Source: Candidatus Bathyarchaeia archaeon (GTDB lineage: Archaea; Thermoproteota; Bathyarchaeia; Bathyarchaeales; Bathycorpusculaceae). Taken from it: a stretch of DNA of 64,000 nt. Location: assembly GCA_038883655.1 (NCBI GenBank), contig JAVZLQ010000003.1, positions 160,001 through 224,000 of the forward strand, given 5' to 3'. The notes beneath the pieces are model-generated. The model did not search any database and was not told where the DNA came from. It worked only from the letters and a program-made list of their open reading frames with translations. Shown one piece after another: positions 38,481 through 48,569 of the stretch. Each line of letters begins with the position of its first letter. Position 1 is the first letter of the stretch. Both the position numbers and the translations under genes were made by a program.

Positions 38481-39041
38481 CTAGTGCGCTGCTTCAACGT
38501 TAGATTCCTTATAATACTGAGCGTTCGCGGTAAACACCGTTATGCCAATTGTGACGCCGATGTCGCTAACTGAAACATGATCTGGGTTAGTTATGTAAAC
38601 TATCATGCTCCAACCAGACCGCAAAATTAAATCATCACTGGCTTGCTGCAAAGCATAGTCTCCAGAAAGCAAGTCCACCACCTTGCCGACGAGTGTGCCG
38701 TTTTCGTGTGGCAAGATGTAGGGCAAGTCCTCGCTGATTGTCTCCAGGGTTTTGTTATAATAAACGTTACTCCATTGGCATTCTTGACCCCTAACGGATA
38801 TCTTATCAATCACAAGGTCACGCCCACCAGTGTTGATTATTAGAAACGCTGCTTCGGAAAATGTTGTTCCATTATGCCATATGTGCAATTTGAATATTTG
38901 AAGACTTTCCTCTTGAACCCGCGTTGTTGTTACGTTGATTGCGTAAAAGGTCACGACTGTTGCTAACAACACCGAGACAACCAGTATTATCAGTGTTGTA
39001 ACTACTACGCTTAATCCTCTTTTACTCTTAAACACATGCAT
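38481..39041 (-). CDS. Archaeal type IV pilin-like protein (class III signal peptide)
   Basis: KSKRG|LSVVVTTLIILVVSVLLA prepilin cleavage pattern; INTGGRDLVIDKI.V.G. Confidence 0.75.
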   Translation of the reverse strand: MHVFKSKRGLSVVVTTLIILVVSVLLATVVTFYAINVTTTRVQEESLQIFKLHIWHNGTTFSEAAFLIINTGGRDLVIDKISVRGQECQWSNVYYNKTLETISEDLPYILPHENGTLVGKVVDLLSGDYALQQASDDLILRSGWSMIVYITNPDHVSVSDIGVTIGITVFTANAQYYKESNVEAAH

Positions 39042-39227
39042 ACGCTATCCCAACTGAAATTTTTCTGGAAAATTAATGGAAAAGAAAAGTAAGTTTCTTT
39101 GTACGTAACAAAAGCCAACGCAACCTAAAGATTATTATCCGAATATTTGATTAAAACTTAAAACTTCACAGAAATATCTAAAATTAAACTTTGCATAAAC
39201 TGCACAAACGCTTCGGAAAGGACGAAA

Positions 39228-40316
39228 ATGGTAATAATGGTTGTCGTTGGTACACGTCCAGAAATAATAAAGATGGCCCCGCTAATCAGAGAGCTGCAAA
39301 AACAGCGTATGCCTTTGACTTTTGTCCACTGCGGTCAACACTACGACTATAACATGTCGCAGCAATTCATTGAAGAGCTTAAGCTCCCAACGCCAGACTA
39401 TTGTTATAAGGTGAAGGCGTACTCTCAAGGAGTGCAAACCGCAAGAATAATGACTCACATGGAAAAACTAATGAAACAAACCTTGCCATCGCTGGTTCTC
39501 ATTGAAGGCGACACAAACGGAGTTCTCGCAACGGCACTGGCATCGGTTAAACTCGGCATACCCGTAGGACACGTAGAAGCTGGACTGCGAAGCTTTGATT
39601 TGAGAATGCCAGAAGAACATAATAGACGACTAACGGACCACATATCAACATATCTTTTCGCGCCAACAAAAGTTGCAGAATCCAACTTAAAGAGCGAGAA
39701 CGTTTGGGGCAAGATCTATGTCACAGGCAACACCGTCATAGACGCTGCAATTCAGCACTTACCAATAGCCGAAAGCAAATCAAAAATTCTAGGGAAAATA
39801 CGCTTCAAGGAATTCGCCTTAGTAACAGCCCACAGGGCAGAAAACGTGGACAACATTGAAGTTCTAAAGAATTTTGTAGACGCCTTCTCAGAAGCGCCGA
39901 TACCAATCGTTTATCCCATGCACCCTCGCACACGAAAGAGACTGCGAAAAAACGGGATTTACTCAAAGATTAAAAAGTCCGAAAACGTTCAGGTGTTACC
40001 GCCGCTTGGATATCTAGACTTTCTTGTTTTAATGAAAAATTGCAAACTAACAATAACAGATTCTGGAGGAATTCAAGAAGAGGCAACAGCGCCTTGCATA
40101 AGAAAACATGTCCTCGTCATACGCCTTTCAACTGAGCGTCCGGAAGCCGTGAAAGCAGGCTTTGCAGAGGTTATCGGCATAAAAAAGAAAGAAATAGTCG
40201 ATGGAATAACGAGAACACTTGAACAGCCAAAACCACTACCGAAACACTCGCCGTACGGAGATGGCAAAGCAGCTGAAAGAATTGCCGAGATAATTAGGGA
40301 GGAAATCGCCCTTTAA
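39228..40316 (+). CDS. wecB: UDP-N-acetylglucosamine 2-epimerase (non-hydrolysing)
   Basis: GTRPEIIKMAP, GQHYD, GDT, HVEAGLRS, PEEHNR, TDSGGIQEEA, TERPE, PYGDG. Confidence 0.94.
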   Translation: MVIMVVVGTRPEIIKMAPLIRELQKQRMPLTFVHCGQHYDYNMSQQFIEELKLPTPDYCYKVKAYSQGVQTARIMTHMEKLMKQTLPSLVLIEGDTNGVLATALASVKLGIPVGHVEAGLRSFDLRMPEEHNRRLTDHISTYLFAPTKVAESNLKSENVWGKIYVTGNTVIDAAIQHLPIAESKSKILGKIRFKEFALVTAHRAENVDNIEVLKNFVDAFSEAPIPIVYPMHPRTRKRLRKNGIYSKIKKSENVQVLPPLGYLDFLVLMKNCKLTITDSGGIQEEATAPCIRKHVLVIRLSTERPEAVKAGFAEVIGIKKKEIVDGITRTLEQPKPLPKHSPYGDGKAAERIAEIIREEIAL

Positions 40317-40320
40317 GGCA

Positions 40321-41094
40321 TTAGGAAATGTAGGTTATTTTCTTGTCTTCTTCCTTCCGCGTTTCCTCAGCTTGCAAAATCCTCTTTTCTTCAATCTTTT
40401 GTAAGCGAGTAATCATCTTCTCCGCCTTCGCAATTTCCTCGTCCAAACCGCTCAAATCTAAATCAACCTTAATCACGGAAAGCAAAACCTCTAGTATGCT
40501 CTTCGCAGCCTTCGGGTCAGGCAAATAACCACGCGTTTCACCTAAAAGGCAGAGAGCAGCAATCTTCTTAAAGCGCGCCAACCCCAATATCAAACCAGCA
40601 GTGCCAACAATAGGGTTTCCAGCTGGGCTCATAATGGCACCAGCTTGCAAAGCCTTGTTCAGTAACTCCGCGTCTGTTGCAGATGCAATAACCTTTGGCT
40701 TGTCCTTTACTTCCATGCGATAGCCGCCAACAGTAATAATAGTTTTCACGTTATACGTTTTCGCAAAATTCAAAATTGTATCAGAAATTTCGTATTGCCC
40801 CTCAATCGTCTGCGCTTGGCTGTCACCTGTGAAAAAGATTAGGTCGCTGCCGCCTTTGCTGTTTTTCCAGAAATAAAATGTTCCACGTAAAAGTCTGACG
40901 CTTCCCCTCTTATTGACGAGCACAAAGTATGGGAAATGTGGAGAATAGAGATACGCGAACCTTTCAGCCTTTAACTGCCTTATCAAGTAGCGTGTGGCTA
41001 TTTTACCAACAAGCCCAAGACCAGGCAAACCCTCTATTAAAATGGGACTGTTTAATTCAACCTTTACAAGTTCCTTAACAAAAGTTTCCTTCAC
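40321..41094 (-). CDS. PAC2 family proteasome assembly chaperone
   Basis: IEGLPGLGLVGKIA, YSPHFP, GDSQ, I.GTAGL.LG, LLGET.GYLPDP. Confidence 0.9.
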   Translation of the reverse strand: MKETFVKELVKVELNSPILIEGLPGLGLVGKIATRYLIRQLKAERFAYLYSPHFPYFVLVNKRGSVRLLRGTFYFWKNSKGGSDLIFFTGDSQAQTIEGQYEISDTILNFAKTYNVKTIITVGGYRMEVKDKPKVIASATDAELLNKALQAGAIMSPAGNPIVGTAGLILGLARFKKIAALCLLGETRGYLPDPKAAKSILEVLLSVIKVDLDLSGLDEEIAKAEKMITRLQKIEEKRILQAEETRKEEDKKITYIS

Positions 41095-41258
41095 TTTCCG
41101 CTACCCTCTTTCAAAAGCATCCTATACTTGAGGTATTTATCATCTGGAGAGAACTTTGGCGGATGTGGCACACGAACCTTTCCACCACAATATGGACAAG
41201 TCTTCTTTTTCAATGTGTAGGCGCCACACCTTTCACACTTTCTTAAAAGCCAGACCAT
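41091..41258 (-). CDS. nop10: H/ACA RNP protein Nop10 (55 aa; below ORF-track cutoff)
   Basis: Manual translation MVWLLRKCERCGAYTLKKKTCPYCGGKVRVPHPPKFSPDDKYLKYRMLLKEGSGK; canonical position between aIF2a and PAC2. Confidence 0.93.
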   Translation of the reverse strand: MVWLLRKCERCGAYTLKKKTCPYCGGKVRVPHPPKFSPDDKYLKYRMLLKEGSGK

Positions 41259-42061
41259 CACTTCTCCCTCTTAAAAACTCCTTGCCCACCAGCCTTAACA
41301 ACGTTCGAAATAACATTCTCGGCAACTCTCTGAAGCGTGCTTTCCGCATGCCTATAATTTTCCGCCATAACCTCAATGCAGTATCTTGGCGCAGCAACAA
41401 CATAAAACCGCATTTTCGCATCACGCACTTTTTCAGCCTTCTTAGCCTCCAAAAAAGCCTCTTTAATAACCTTAACACCATTCGGCTTCATACATCGAAG
41501 CTCAACTATCCCCTTCACCTTAACCATCGGCACGGGCATCCTTTCCCTCGCAATCTCAACAACAGCCTCAGCGATTTTTTCGGGCACTCCAAGCTTAAGC
41601 AAAAAGCCAGCACCGTCCCTTGCAGCCTTCTCAAAACTTTCGTATAAGCCGTACTCCTTCTCCATCAGCGCCCCCGCTTTCTCATAAACCTCTTCAATCG
41701 ACAAGCCAACCTTTTCCGCCACATTTCTAAGCAAGCCCTCAGCTTTCCGTTCACGCTTCCAAGACAAAATCTTCTCGATTTTCTCTCTTTTCGTAACCCT
41801 CCTCAAGGAAAGGTCTATATGCCCTTTTTCAGCATCAACCCGCAAAACCTTCAAAACAACCTTCTGGTTTTCACGAACAAAATCCCGAATGTTCCGAATC
41901 CAAGCAGAAGAAATTTCAGAAATATGCAGCAGCCCCTTCTTATTATATTCATCAAGCCTCACATAAGCACCATAATCAGTAACAGACTCAACAGTAGCTA
42001 TAACCAAATCCCCAACTTCAGGCCACTCTGGCTTCTTAAAGGACATAATGGCCGCCATCAC
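41258..42061 (-). CDS. eif2a: Translation initiation factor 2 subunit alpha
   Basis: PEVGDLV, YGAYV.LDEY, HISEI, VLRVD..KGHIDLSLRRV, AAPRY. Confidence 0.95.
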   Translation of the reverse strand: MMAAIMSFKKPEWPEVGDLVIATVESVTDYGAYVRLDEYNKKGLLHISEISSAWIRNIRDFVRENQKVVLKVLRVDAEKGHIDLSLRRVTKREKIEKILSWKRERKAEGLLRNVAEKVGLSIEEVYEKAGALMEKEYGLYESFEKAARDGAGFLLKLGVPEKIAEAVVEIARERMPVPMVKVKGIVELRCMKPNGVKVIKEAFLEAKKAEKVRDAKMRFYVVAAPRYCIEVMAENYRHAESTLQRVAENVISNVVKAGGQGVFKREK

Positions 42062-42066
42062 CTACT

Positions 42067-42288
42067 TTACTCGAATACCAGCACTATTTCGCCTTTTATC
42101 ACCGCTTTTCCGCCAGAAGGTTCTGCAAGTTCTGTCCCGCAAACGTTACAATTGATCCTGTTCGTGGCATAGCTGAAGATTATTTGTTCATTGCCGCATT
42201 TAAGGCATTTCACCCTAACGAAGCTGCTCCGCGGCTTTGGAATAAGCTTCTCCCACTCGCTCACACCATAAACCTCCATATTAGGCAA
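42067..42288 (-). CDS. rps27e: 30S ribosomal protein S27e
   Basis: PRSSFVRVKCLKCGNEQIIFS...CNVCG..L..P.GGKA. Confidence 0.95.
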   Translation of the reverse strand: MPNMEVYGVSEWEKLIPKPRSSFVRVKCLKCGNEQIIFSYATNRINCNVCGTELAEPSGGKAVIKGEIVLVFE

Positions 42289-42556
42289 TTGTCAACTTTC
42301 TGAGGCGCATGCCTTCCCTATGCCTCGTATAACCGCAAACCTTACACTTCAACTTTAAAGTCTGCTTCTTAGTGGTTTTTGAAAATTCTCGCTGAAGAGG
42401 ATATTTCTGTCCACCATAACCCTTCTTTTCTCGCTCGTGATGGCGCTCACCCTTAGCAAGGGCCCTTCGCTTCCCAGCCTTATACAACGACACTGCATGC
42501 AACTGGTGACTCTTACACCTTGGACAGTAAGTTCTAATTTCCTTTGGAACATTCAC
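42281..42556 (-). CDS. rpl44e: 50S ribosomal protein L44e
   Basis: PKEIRTYCPRC..H, G.R......GYGGQ, KTTKK..L.L.C..C. Confidence 0.95.
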   Translation of the reverse strand: MNVPKEIRTYCPRCKSHQLHAVSLYKAGKRRALAKGERHHEREKKGYGGQKYPLQREFSKTTKKQTLKLKCKVCGYTRHREGMRLRKLTIA

Positions 42557-42598
42557 TTAGACCACACCCAGCTTTGCATAAAGAAAACACACTCACAC

Positions 42599-43165
42599 TT
42601 ATACTTTTTTAGCTACAAACCCAAGCTCAACCTTCTCAGCCAAACCCTGCTTAACAAGGATATTAGCGTTTTCAACAGGCAAAGACGCGACATCCTCAGC
42701 CTTAAAAGGCCCGTAAGCCTTCATGTCCGCACCAATTATCGCTGGAACATCAACTAAAAAACGCAAAACAACCCTTTTACGCGTGATTTCAACCTCTGCC
42801 TTCGGCAGAAATCCTCGAAGAACACTTTTGATGAAATTTTGGATAGCATCCGCAAAAGGCATAGCTCCACAATAAATTTTCGCCTCCTCAGCCGTTAACA
42901 TATCTTGCGGGATTTTTTCACCTTTTGCCAAAAGCTTAATCGCTTTTCTGTAACGTGTCAAAATTATTTCATTAACCATCTGCTTTACATTAACTAGTTC
43001 ACGTTTCAGCAGACTCGCTTTAACGGTTTTCCTATCAAGCATCCGCCCCTCCTCTCTTAGCTTTCGCAGATAATCCGCAACCATAACATAAAAGTCTGGG
43101 GGAAGCCTTTGAAGCTCCTGATTTTTGACCTCGCGCTCCCAAGTTTCATATAAACTCTTGTACAA
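42599..43165 (-). CDS. GINS complex subunit (Gins15/Gins51-type)
   Basis: ELQRLPPDFY, R..K, LT.EE, C-terminal VPAIIGADMK.YGPF..EDVA.LP..NA..L. Confidence 0.88.
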   Translation of the reverse strand: MYKSLYETWEREVKNQELQRLPPDFYVMVADYLRKLREEGRMLDRKTVKASLLKRELVNVKQMVNEIILTRYRKAIKLLAKGEKIPQDMLTAEEAKIYCGAMPFADAIQNFIKSVLRGFLPKAEVEITRKRVVLRFLVDVPAIIGADMKAYGPFKAEDVASLPVENANILVKQGLAEKVELGFVAKKV

Positions 43166-44374
43166 TTATGTTACGACCTCCGCCCTATTTTTGCAGATAA
43201 GCAAAACAGCTGCTGCCGTCGGTAACTCAACAATCTGATTTTTATATGGTCCAAAAGTTTCCTCGCCAATTCTAAACTTTGGCGCATCATAAACCTTTAC
43301 GCCGACAGAGCCGCCCTTGAAGGCTACAGCCATTTTAAACGGGTCAAAATCGTCGATTGCTGAAACTGGAAACTCCACCTTCTTTAAGCCCGTCTTACCA
43401 TTCAAGGTGTCAGCCAACCTAATAAGCCGATGCGTATCCGTCGTCACAACAGTGTCGATACTTACGGATGTCAACTTCACAATATGCCTAATAACCTTCG
43501 CCCAGGTTTGAGGGCCAACACCCCTAACATAGCCCAACGTTCCTGTTCTTTGAAAGTTTTTCAGAATTAAACTTTTATTGCGCATTATCGCGCTTACGAA
43601 GCGTCTTTCAAGCTCCACTTTCAAAAGGTCTTCTTCATTAGCACTTGCAATAAAGTCTTCTATGCCCGTTGCCAGTCGCTTAGGCCAACCAAAGCTACGT
43701 ATAAATTTACGCGAAGACCTCTCCGCCAGTATACTTTCAATGTTTAGGCCCAAGGCTGTAACATAATCAACAATCTCCTTTCGCTCCATTGCATCAAGCG
43801 TTTTAACAGCGTCACTTTCAACGTGAACGTGGTAACCTCTATGTCCAGAAAAGAACGTGTAAATCTCACTTTCTGAAAAGCCAAAATCTTGCTCCAACAT
43901 CTCCAAAAGCTTAATCGTCTCCTTTTTCGCAGAATCCAAACATTCCTCGCAAGGCCAAGTGTTTACATCAAATTTTTCACTTCCACATATGGGACATCTT
44001 TCTGGAGTAACCCCCTTACCCACGAAACCGCAGTTGCCACATTTCCACTCATCATGAACCTTGTCACACGGCGTTGGTACGTGATCAGCATCTATATCAA
44101 AAATCAAATCCGCGCCAAGCCAACCCTTCATCGCCATATCTGCTTCGGGGTTCCTATAGTAAGCGCATGAAAAGTACGCGTCTTTTGGGGCGAATTCCCT
44201 AAAAAAACGTGTTAGCTCCTCCACGTTTTGGAAGCTTTTGTGGCGGAGCATCTGTCCCTCAAATGATAAGAAGCCGAATTCGCGCTGTTCGATTTTGGGA
44301 ACAGAATAGTTTTGGAAAGTATTCTTGCTGTAATATTCTTGGAATATGTACTGCACAAAGTTAATTGACTTCAA
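43166..44374 (-). CDS. priS: DNA primase small (catalytic) subunit
   Basis: REFGF, YFS.AYY, GADLIFDIDAD, FSGHRGYHVH, ID..VT.D..RLIR...TLNGKTG. Confidence 0.94.
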   Translation of the reverse strand: MKSINFVQYIFQEYYSKNTFQNYSVPKIEQREFGFLSFEGQMLRHKSFQNVEELTRFFREFAPKDAYFSCAYYRNPEADMAMKGWLGADLIFDIDADHVPTPCDKVHDEWKCGNCGFVGKGVTPERCPICGSEKFDVNTWPCEECLDSAKKETIKLLEMLEQDFGFSESEIYTFFSGHRGYHVHVESDAVKTLDAMERKEIVDYVTALGLNIESILAERSSRKFIRSFGWPKRLATGIEDFIASANEEDLLKVELERRFVSAIMRNKSLILKNFQRTGTLGYVRGVGPQTWAKVIRHIVKLTSVSIDTVVTTDTHRLIRLADTLNGKTGLKKVEFPVSAIDDFDPFKMAVAFKGGSVGVKVYDAPKFRIGEETFGPYKNQIVELPTAAAVLLICKNRAEVVT

Positions 44375-44407
44375 GCTTGCTCAGTTTTAAAGAAACAGAA
44401 TTCGGCT

Positions 44408-45625
44408 TTAAACCTTCTTTTTCAGTGTTGTGAAACATATGTTATTCTTGATTTTGCTGCCGATGGCAAAAAGCGCAGAGTGTAGTTTGGTAAGACCTTT
44501 TTTGAACTTTTCCACAAGCATAAATCTTTCAATGCAAATGATTAACAATATATAGAAAAGCATCCACGTTAAGAAGTATAACTCGCCATACGTATCATGA
44601 AAAGTTAGTGCCGCTTGGCTTCCACTATTAAGTCCTATTATTAGGATGGATGCCACCCGCAAAACATTTACGAAGTATGTTCCAAAAAATCCACAAATGA
44701 AATATACAGCCTTTCTAAAACTCGAAAATTCTGAACGCTTGAAAAACACGAAAATTATTAGCACATAAAGAATTAAACTGTGAACACCAGAACAAGGCCA
44801 GTCCACAGTCGCACTATAACTAGCACCACCATAACGCACAGTCAAAAGAGGAAGCTTATAACCGGGTCTTGCTGGGTATGGGAAACTCAACACAACAGTG
44901 TAGCCTAGTATGTGGAGTAAAGCGGCTGATAAGGCTGTTGTTGGAAAAGTAATAAGCAGATGCACGGATAACTCCGATGGATAAAGTGTATTAATCATAT
45001 ATGCAGCAGTGATAACACCTAGCAGTGAAATTGAAATGGAAAACGTTTTCAATCCCAGCAGTCCATACGCAAAAATCACAGCTAACGTAAAGGATAACCA
45101 TAAAACAAGGTATTCGATGGACAATGGCCAGTGAAACGTTAAAAGGCTTTCTCGATCTACAGGCTCATTGACTCCCAAGTATTGACCAAGATCAAGAATC
45201 ACTTTAGTGGCACCCGGAATGGCGTTTACAAAAATGATGTACATCGTCGGTATCAGCAAACAAAAAATTCCTATTGCTAAGCGTTTAGTTGGTTTTTTAC
45301 AGAGAATTTGATCTCGGCTAGTTATGAATTCTATAAAGAACAGCCATACAAAAAACAAATAAAACATACGTCCTTTCCACGTTTCTTCAAAGACGAACCT
45401 TGATGGAACAAAATTTGGCCAAGTTTTCACGTTAAAATATTGGAAACTTTCAATATCAAGGTAATCTATGACAAGCAACAGGGCTACTGGAAGCACTAGT
45501 AACAACAAAAAAACTGTATGAAATGAATATTTCCTCAAATTACTGAAAATTGTATTTTTGAATACTGCTTTCAAATTCGCTAGCCTCAGCGAGTTTAATA
45601 TTTTTAAGGGTATAAAAGCATTCAT
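44408..45625 (-). CDS. Exosortase/archaeosortase family membrane transpeptidase
   Basis: Multi-TM protein with catalytic-triad pattern V.WPCSG (Cys), NVLRV (Arg), FHD (His). Confidence 0.82.
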   Translation of the reverse strand: MNAFIPLKILNSLRLANLKAVFKNTIFSNLRKYSFHTVFLLLLVLPVALLLVIDYLDIESFQYFNVKTWPNFVPSRFVFEETWKGRMFYLFFVWLFFIEFITSRDQILCKKPTKRLAIGIFCLLIPTMYIIFVNAIPGATKVILDLGQYLGVNEPVDRESLLTFHWPLSIEYLVLWLSFTLAVIFAYGLLGLKTFSISISLLGVITAAYMINTLYPSELSVHLLITFPTTALSAALLHILGYTVVLSFPYPARPGYKLPLLTVRYGGASYSATVDWPCSGVHSLILYVLIIFVFFKRSEFSSFRKAVYFICGFFGTYFVNVLRVASILIIGLNSGSQAALTFHDTYGELYFLTWMLFYILLIICIERFMLVEKFKKGLTKLHSALFAIGSKIKNNICFTTLKKKV

Positions 45626-47379
45626 GACGTGTTAACCGCTTTTTTAAAAATGAGTAAGATGACTTTGATCAAACATAGGTTTCTAAGAGTTACCGATAGG
45701 AATTTGAATGCTGCCATTAAGATTGGGCGATAAAAAGAATCATAGCGAAATCTCATTTTGTCTAAAACGCTTGGTGGAAAAGGCAGGAAAAATTTTTCAG
45801 TCTTTATCAATGTGAACTTTTCCTTTTGCGCTGCTTTTTTAAATTCTGTAACATTCGGTTCAGAGATGTGTTCTGGATACCTAAAACCAAGCGCGTTTTT
45901 TATACGCTCATCAGGAAAACTTACAAAAAGCCATTTTTTAGTTATTCGTAACAATTCGTTAAAACCTATGTTTGGATTTATGGTGTGCTCAAGAACTTCG
46001 CTACAAATCGTGACCTCTGCGATATCTTGTTTAAAGGGCAGATAATTGACGTCGCACACGATTCGCTCAATGCTTGATGCTTTTTTTAAGGACTCCTTAT
46101 CTATGTCGCAACCAACATAATACTCTACATCAAAACCTTTTTCATACAAGTACTGGTTAAATGCGCCCAAACCACATCCAACGTCTGTTAAAACTGAAAT
46201 TTTTTTCCCAACAAACTTTGCCAGCAAGGACTGCAGTTTTTCATACCGTGCTCTATAACACAACTTTGCATCATACGTTTCTGGTCTATAATCTGGAACT
46301 GTTTCCGTTTTTATCAAAGGTGCAAAAAATTTCCTCAGTTTGAGTTTAGGACCATTTAGAAGCGCTAGCACGAAGGCCCCAACAAATATTAGAAATGTAA
46401 AACCTAAAACCAAAACCATGTATGTTTGTGTTGGTTGGAATTTTTTGAAGATATACAGTTTACAGTTAACCGTATATTCATCGAAGAAATCCGGCTCTAT
46501 CACAGTTTTCTCGCTTCCATTTTGTATCGTGATTTTTCCAATGCCAACATTTGCATATGCTTCTTCTTCATATTTCCATTGCATATCATCCAAACCAATT
46601 GTTATAGCAATAAATGTGATTTGTTTGCTAAAATCCCTAAACAATGTGGTGCCGAACAACGTTTGGTTATACAAATCTATGTTAAAATTTATCGTTTTGC
46701 CTAAAATGATTTCCTCTTTTGGCGCTATCAGATATGGAAGCCAGTTTCTGTCTCTTGTGATCAGAAGTAGGATCACATGGTTAATCTTACCGCTTAAAAG
46801 CTTGACAGATCCCTCAATTCTAAAGTTTTGTTCAGCAATTTGTTGAAAAGGGCATGCCAGCATAACTTGTTGAAATCTTGAACTTTGACCTTTTGAAGCT
46901 TGAACATGCACGCCAATATACTTGCTTCCGTAAAGATCTACATAATTGAAAAGCGTATAGTTTGCTTCTCCCTCAAACACCTTGACCGCATATGAAGACG
47001 CTGGATCAATGAACCGCGTTTGGAGGGTAATGTTTGATGAACCCTCATTTGCGACAAGGCAGCATTGCTGTTGGAAAAGAATCCAATTTTCAAAGTCAAA
47101 TGGTCGTCCTTCAATTTCATATGGAATTTGTTTAAGAGTTGGACATCCCTCCAATTCCACACGCGATGTTGTGTTAAATATTAGATAGACCTTGTCGGAT
47201 GCTGCGAATGGTGGAACTTCGATATTAACTGGAGAATTTCTAATAACGTTGAACGTGTAATTTTTGGTATTTACGTCTGTTTTTATAAAATCTAATAAAG
47301 TATAAACGATAAGAAAACCGAAAACTGCCGTTAACACAAGAATTGTGTAAAATATTAACTTTAGTTTTGTGCTTGTCAT
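45622..47379 (-). CDS. Membrane protein: TM - large soluble domain - TM - class I SAM methyltransferase
   Basis: Two hydrophobic helices flank ~300 aa; C-terminal DVGCGLG, GCDID, CDVNYLPF, CSEVLEH; ATGA overlaps with both neighbours. Confidence 0.75.
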   Translation of the reverse strand: MTSTKLKLIFYTILVLTAVFGFLIVYTLLDFIKTDVNTKNYTFNVIRNSPVNIEVPPFAASDKVYLIFNTTSRVELEGCPTLKQIPYEIEGRPFDFENWILFQQQCCLVANEGSSNITLQTRFIDPASSYAVKVFEGEANYTLFNYVDLYGSKYIGVHVQASKGQSSRFQQVMLACPFQQIAEQNFRIEGSVKLLSGKINHVILLLITRDRNWLPYLIAPKEEIILGKTINFNIDLYNQTLFGTTLFRDFSKQITFIAITIGLDDMQWKYEEEAYANVGIGKITIQNGSEKTVIEPDFFDEYTVNCKLYIFKKFQPTQTYMVLVLGFTFLIFVGAFVLALLNGPKLKLRKFFAPLIKTETVPDYRPETYDAKLCYRARYEKLQSLLAKFVGKKISVLTDVGCGLGAFNQYLYEKGFDVEYYVGCDIDKESLKKASSIERIVCDVNYLPFKQDIAEVTICSEVLEHTINPNIGFNELLRITKKWLFVSFPDERIKNALGFRYPEHISEPNVTEFKKAAQKEKFTLIKTEKFFLPFPPSVLDKMRFRYDSFYRPILMAAFKFLSVTLRNLCLIKVILLIFKKAVNTS

Positions 47380-48569
47380 GTTTTTACTCTCCTTGTGAGA
47401 GATGCTGTTAGGACAAAGATGTAGAGAATAAATCTTAACATAATGGTTATAGAAAGCGGGAGCATAACACCGATCTGCAGAAAAAGTGGACAGTACCATA
47501 CTAGTGAATGAATTGTATTAACGATTTCAAAGGCTATTAAAGTCATTATTTGTTTATGCTTATTCCAGTTCATTGTGGCAATTGCCAACAGACAAATTTG
47601 AGGAATGTGCACTAGGGGATTGTAAAATGTGGAGAACGCAAGATATGAGAAGATTGCTAATGAGATCAAAGCTAAGGATTCTTTCTTGTCCTTGGCTTTT
47701 CTAGCAAGAAAGCTGATGCCAATAAGAGATGCGAATTGTAAGCTAAGGGATATGTAGGATAGTATGGGAAATTTCCATTCATATCTAAAGTGGTCATAGT
47801 ACGTTGGGGCGTACAACGTTGCAAACTGCCAAGAATAGAGTGTGCCATCAAAAGTAGGGTGCATAAAACCTGTATGCCCAAAATATCCATCGATCAGAGC
47901 AAAAATCGATTCGGATGGCCCTCTTAAAAGGTGACTTGTTGCAACAGAAATGTACATTAAAGGGTCTGCTATGAGGTATGGTAATGATATCAACAGCATT
48001 GTCAAAGCAAAAGAATACATAAGCACCACTTTTCTCTTTAAACCCTTGTAATAAATGATTAGTGGCGGTAAAAGTGCCACTGGATAAAATTTTGAAAGTG
48101 TACCGCATCCGCAAAAAAATCCAGCAAGCCAAGGATTCTCAAAAAAGTACAACGCCAGAAGTGCGAACGTTATTGCAATGGTATCTCCATGAGCAAGGAT
48201 AAGGGTGAAGTATATGACGGAGGGCATCAGAGTGATGATTAACGGTATGCTTAAGGTTCGCTCACGACTTAATTTAGCCACGTTCACGTACATTGTAAAT
48301 ATCATAAGAAAGAATGTAAGTGCATTAAAGAATAATAAAATGAAGTTGTAAGCGTAAGAATTAGAAAAAGTGATGTATAGAAAGTAATATGGTAGTCTAG
48401 CTATTGGGGGATAACCCGAACGAAAATCAATAAAAGGTAAGAGGTTGTTTCTCTGTAGAAAGACATCTTCAAAATTAGTTTGAGGGAAAAAACCTAAAAA
48501 AAGCAGTATAACAATTATAGCTGCAAAGGCTGATAATTCCAAGCCGATAAACCGCCGTAATAGAGACAA
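47376..48569 (-). CDS. GT-C superfamily membrane glycosyltransferase (GT87/PIG-M-like)
   Basis: ~10 TM; LPF.DF..GYPP, ...D, G...K.YP..LLP motifs typical of lipid-phosphate-sugar-dependent transferases. Confidence 0.7.
   Translation of the reverse strand: MSLLRRFIGLELSAFAAIIVILLFLGFFPQTNFEDVFLQRNNLLPFIDFRSGYPPIARLPYYFLYITFSNSYAYNFILLFFNALTFFLMIFTMYVNVAKLSRERTLSIPLIITLMPSVIYFTLILAHGDTIAITFALLALYFFENPWLAGFFCGCGTLSKFYPVALLPPLIIYYKGLKRKVVLMYSFALTMLLISLPYLIADPLMYISVATSHLLRGPSESIFALIDGYFGHTGFMHPTFDGTLYSWQFATLYAPTYYDHFRYEWKFPILSYISLSLQFASLIGISFLARKAKDKKESLALISLAIFSYLAFSTFYNPLVHIPQICLLAIATMNWNKHKQIMTLIAFEIVNTIHSLVWYCPLFLQIGVMLPLSITIMLRFILYIFVLTASLTRRVKT

Noticed and set aside
39042-39227. AT-rich intergenic region near mcm as a possible replication origin
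   Set aside because: No repeated ORB-like boxes and no cdc6/orc1 in the window; explained by divergent promoters
41156-41647. 163-aa plus-strand ORF and the 82-aa minus ORF 41233-41481
   Set aside because: Shadow or alternate-frame ORFs over aIF2-alpha and nop10
31800-43200. Patches of A/C-rich plus-strand composition
   Set aside because: Could reflect codon usage or local skew; cannot be quantified by eye, so no claim is made
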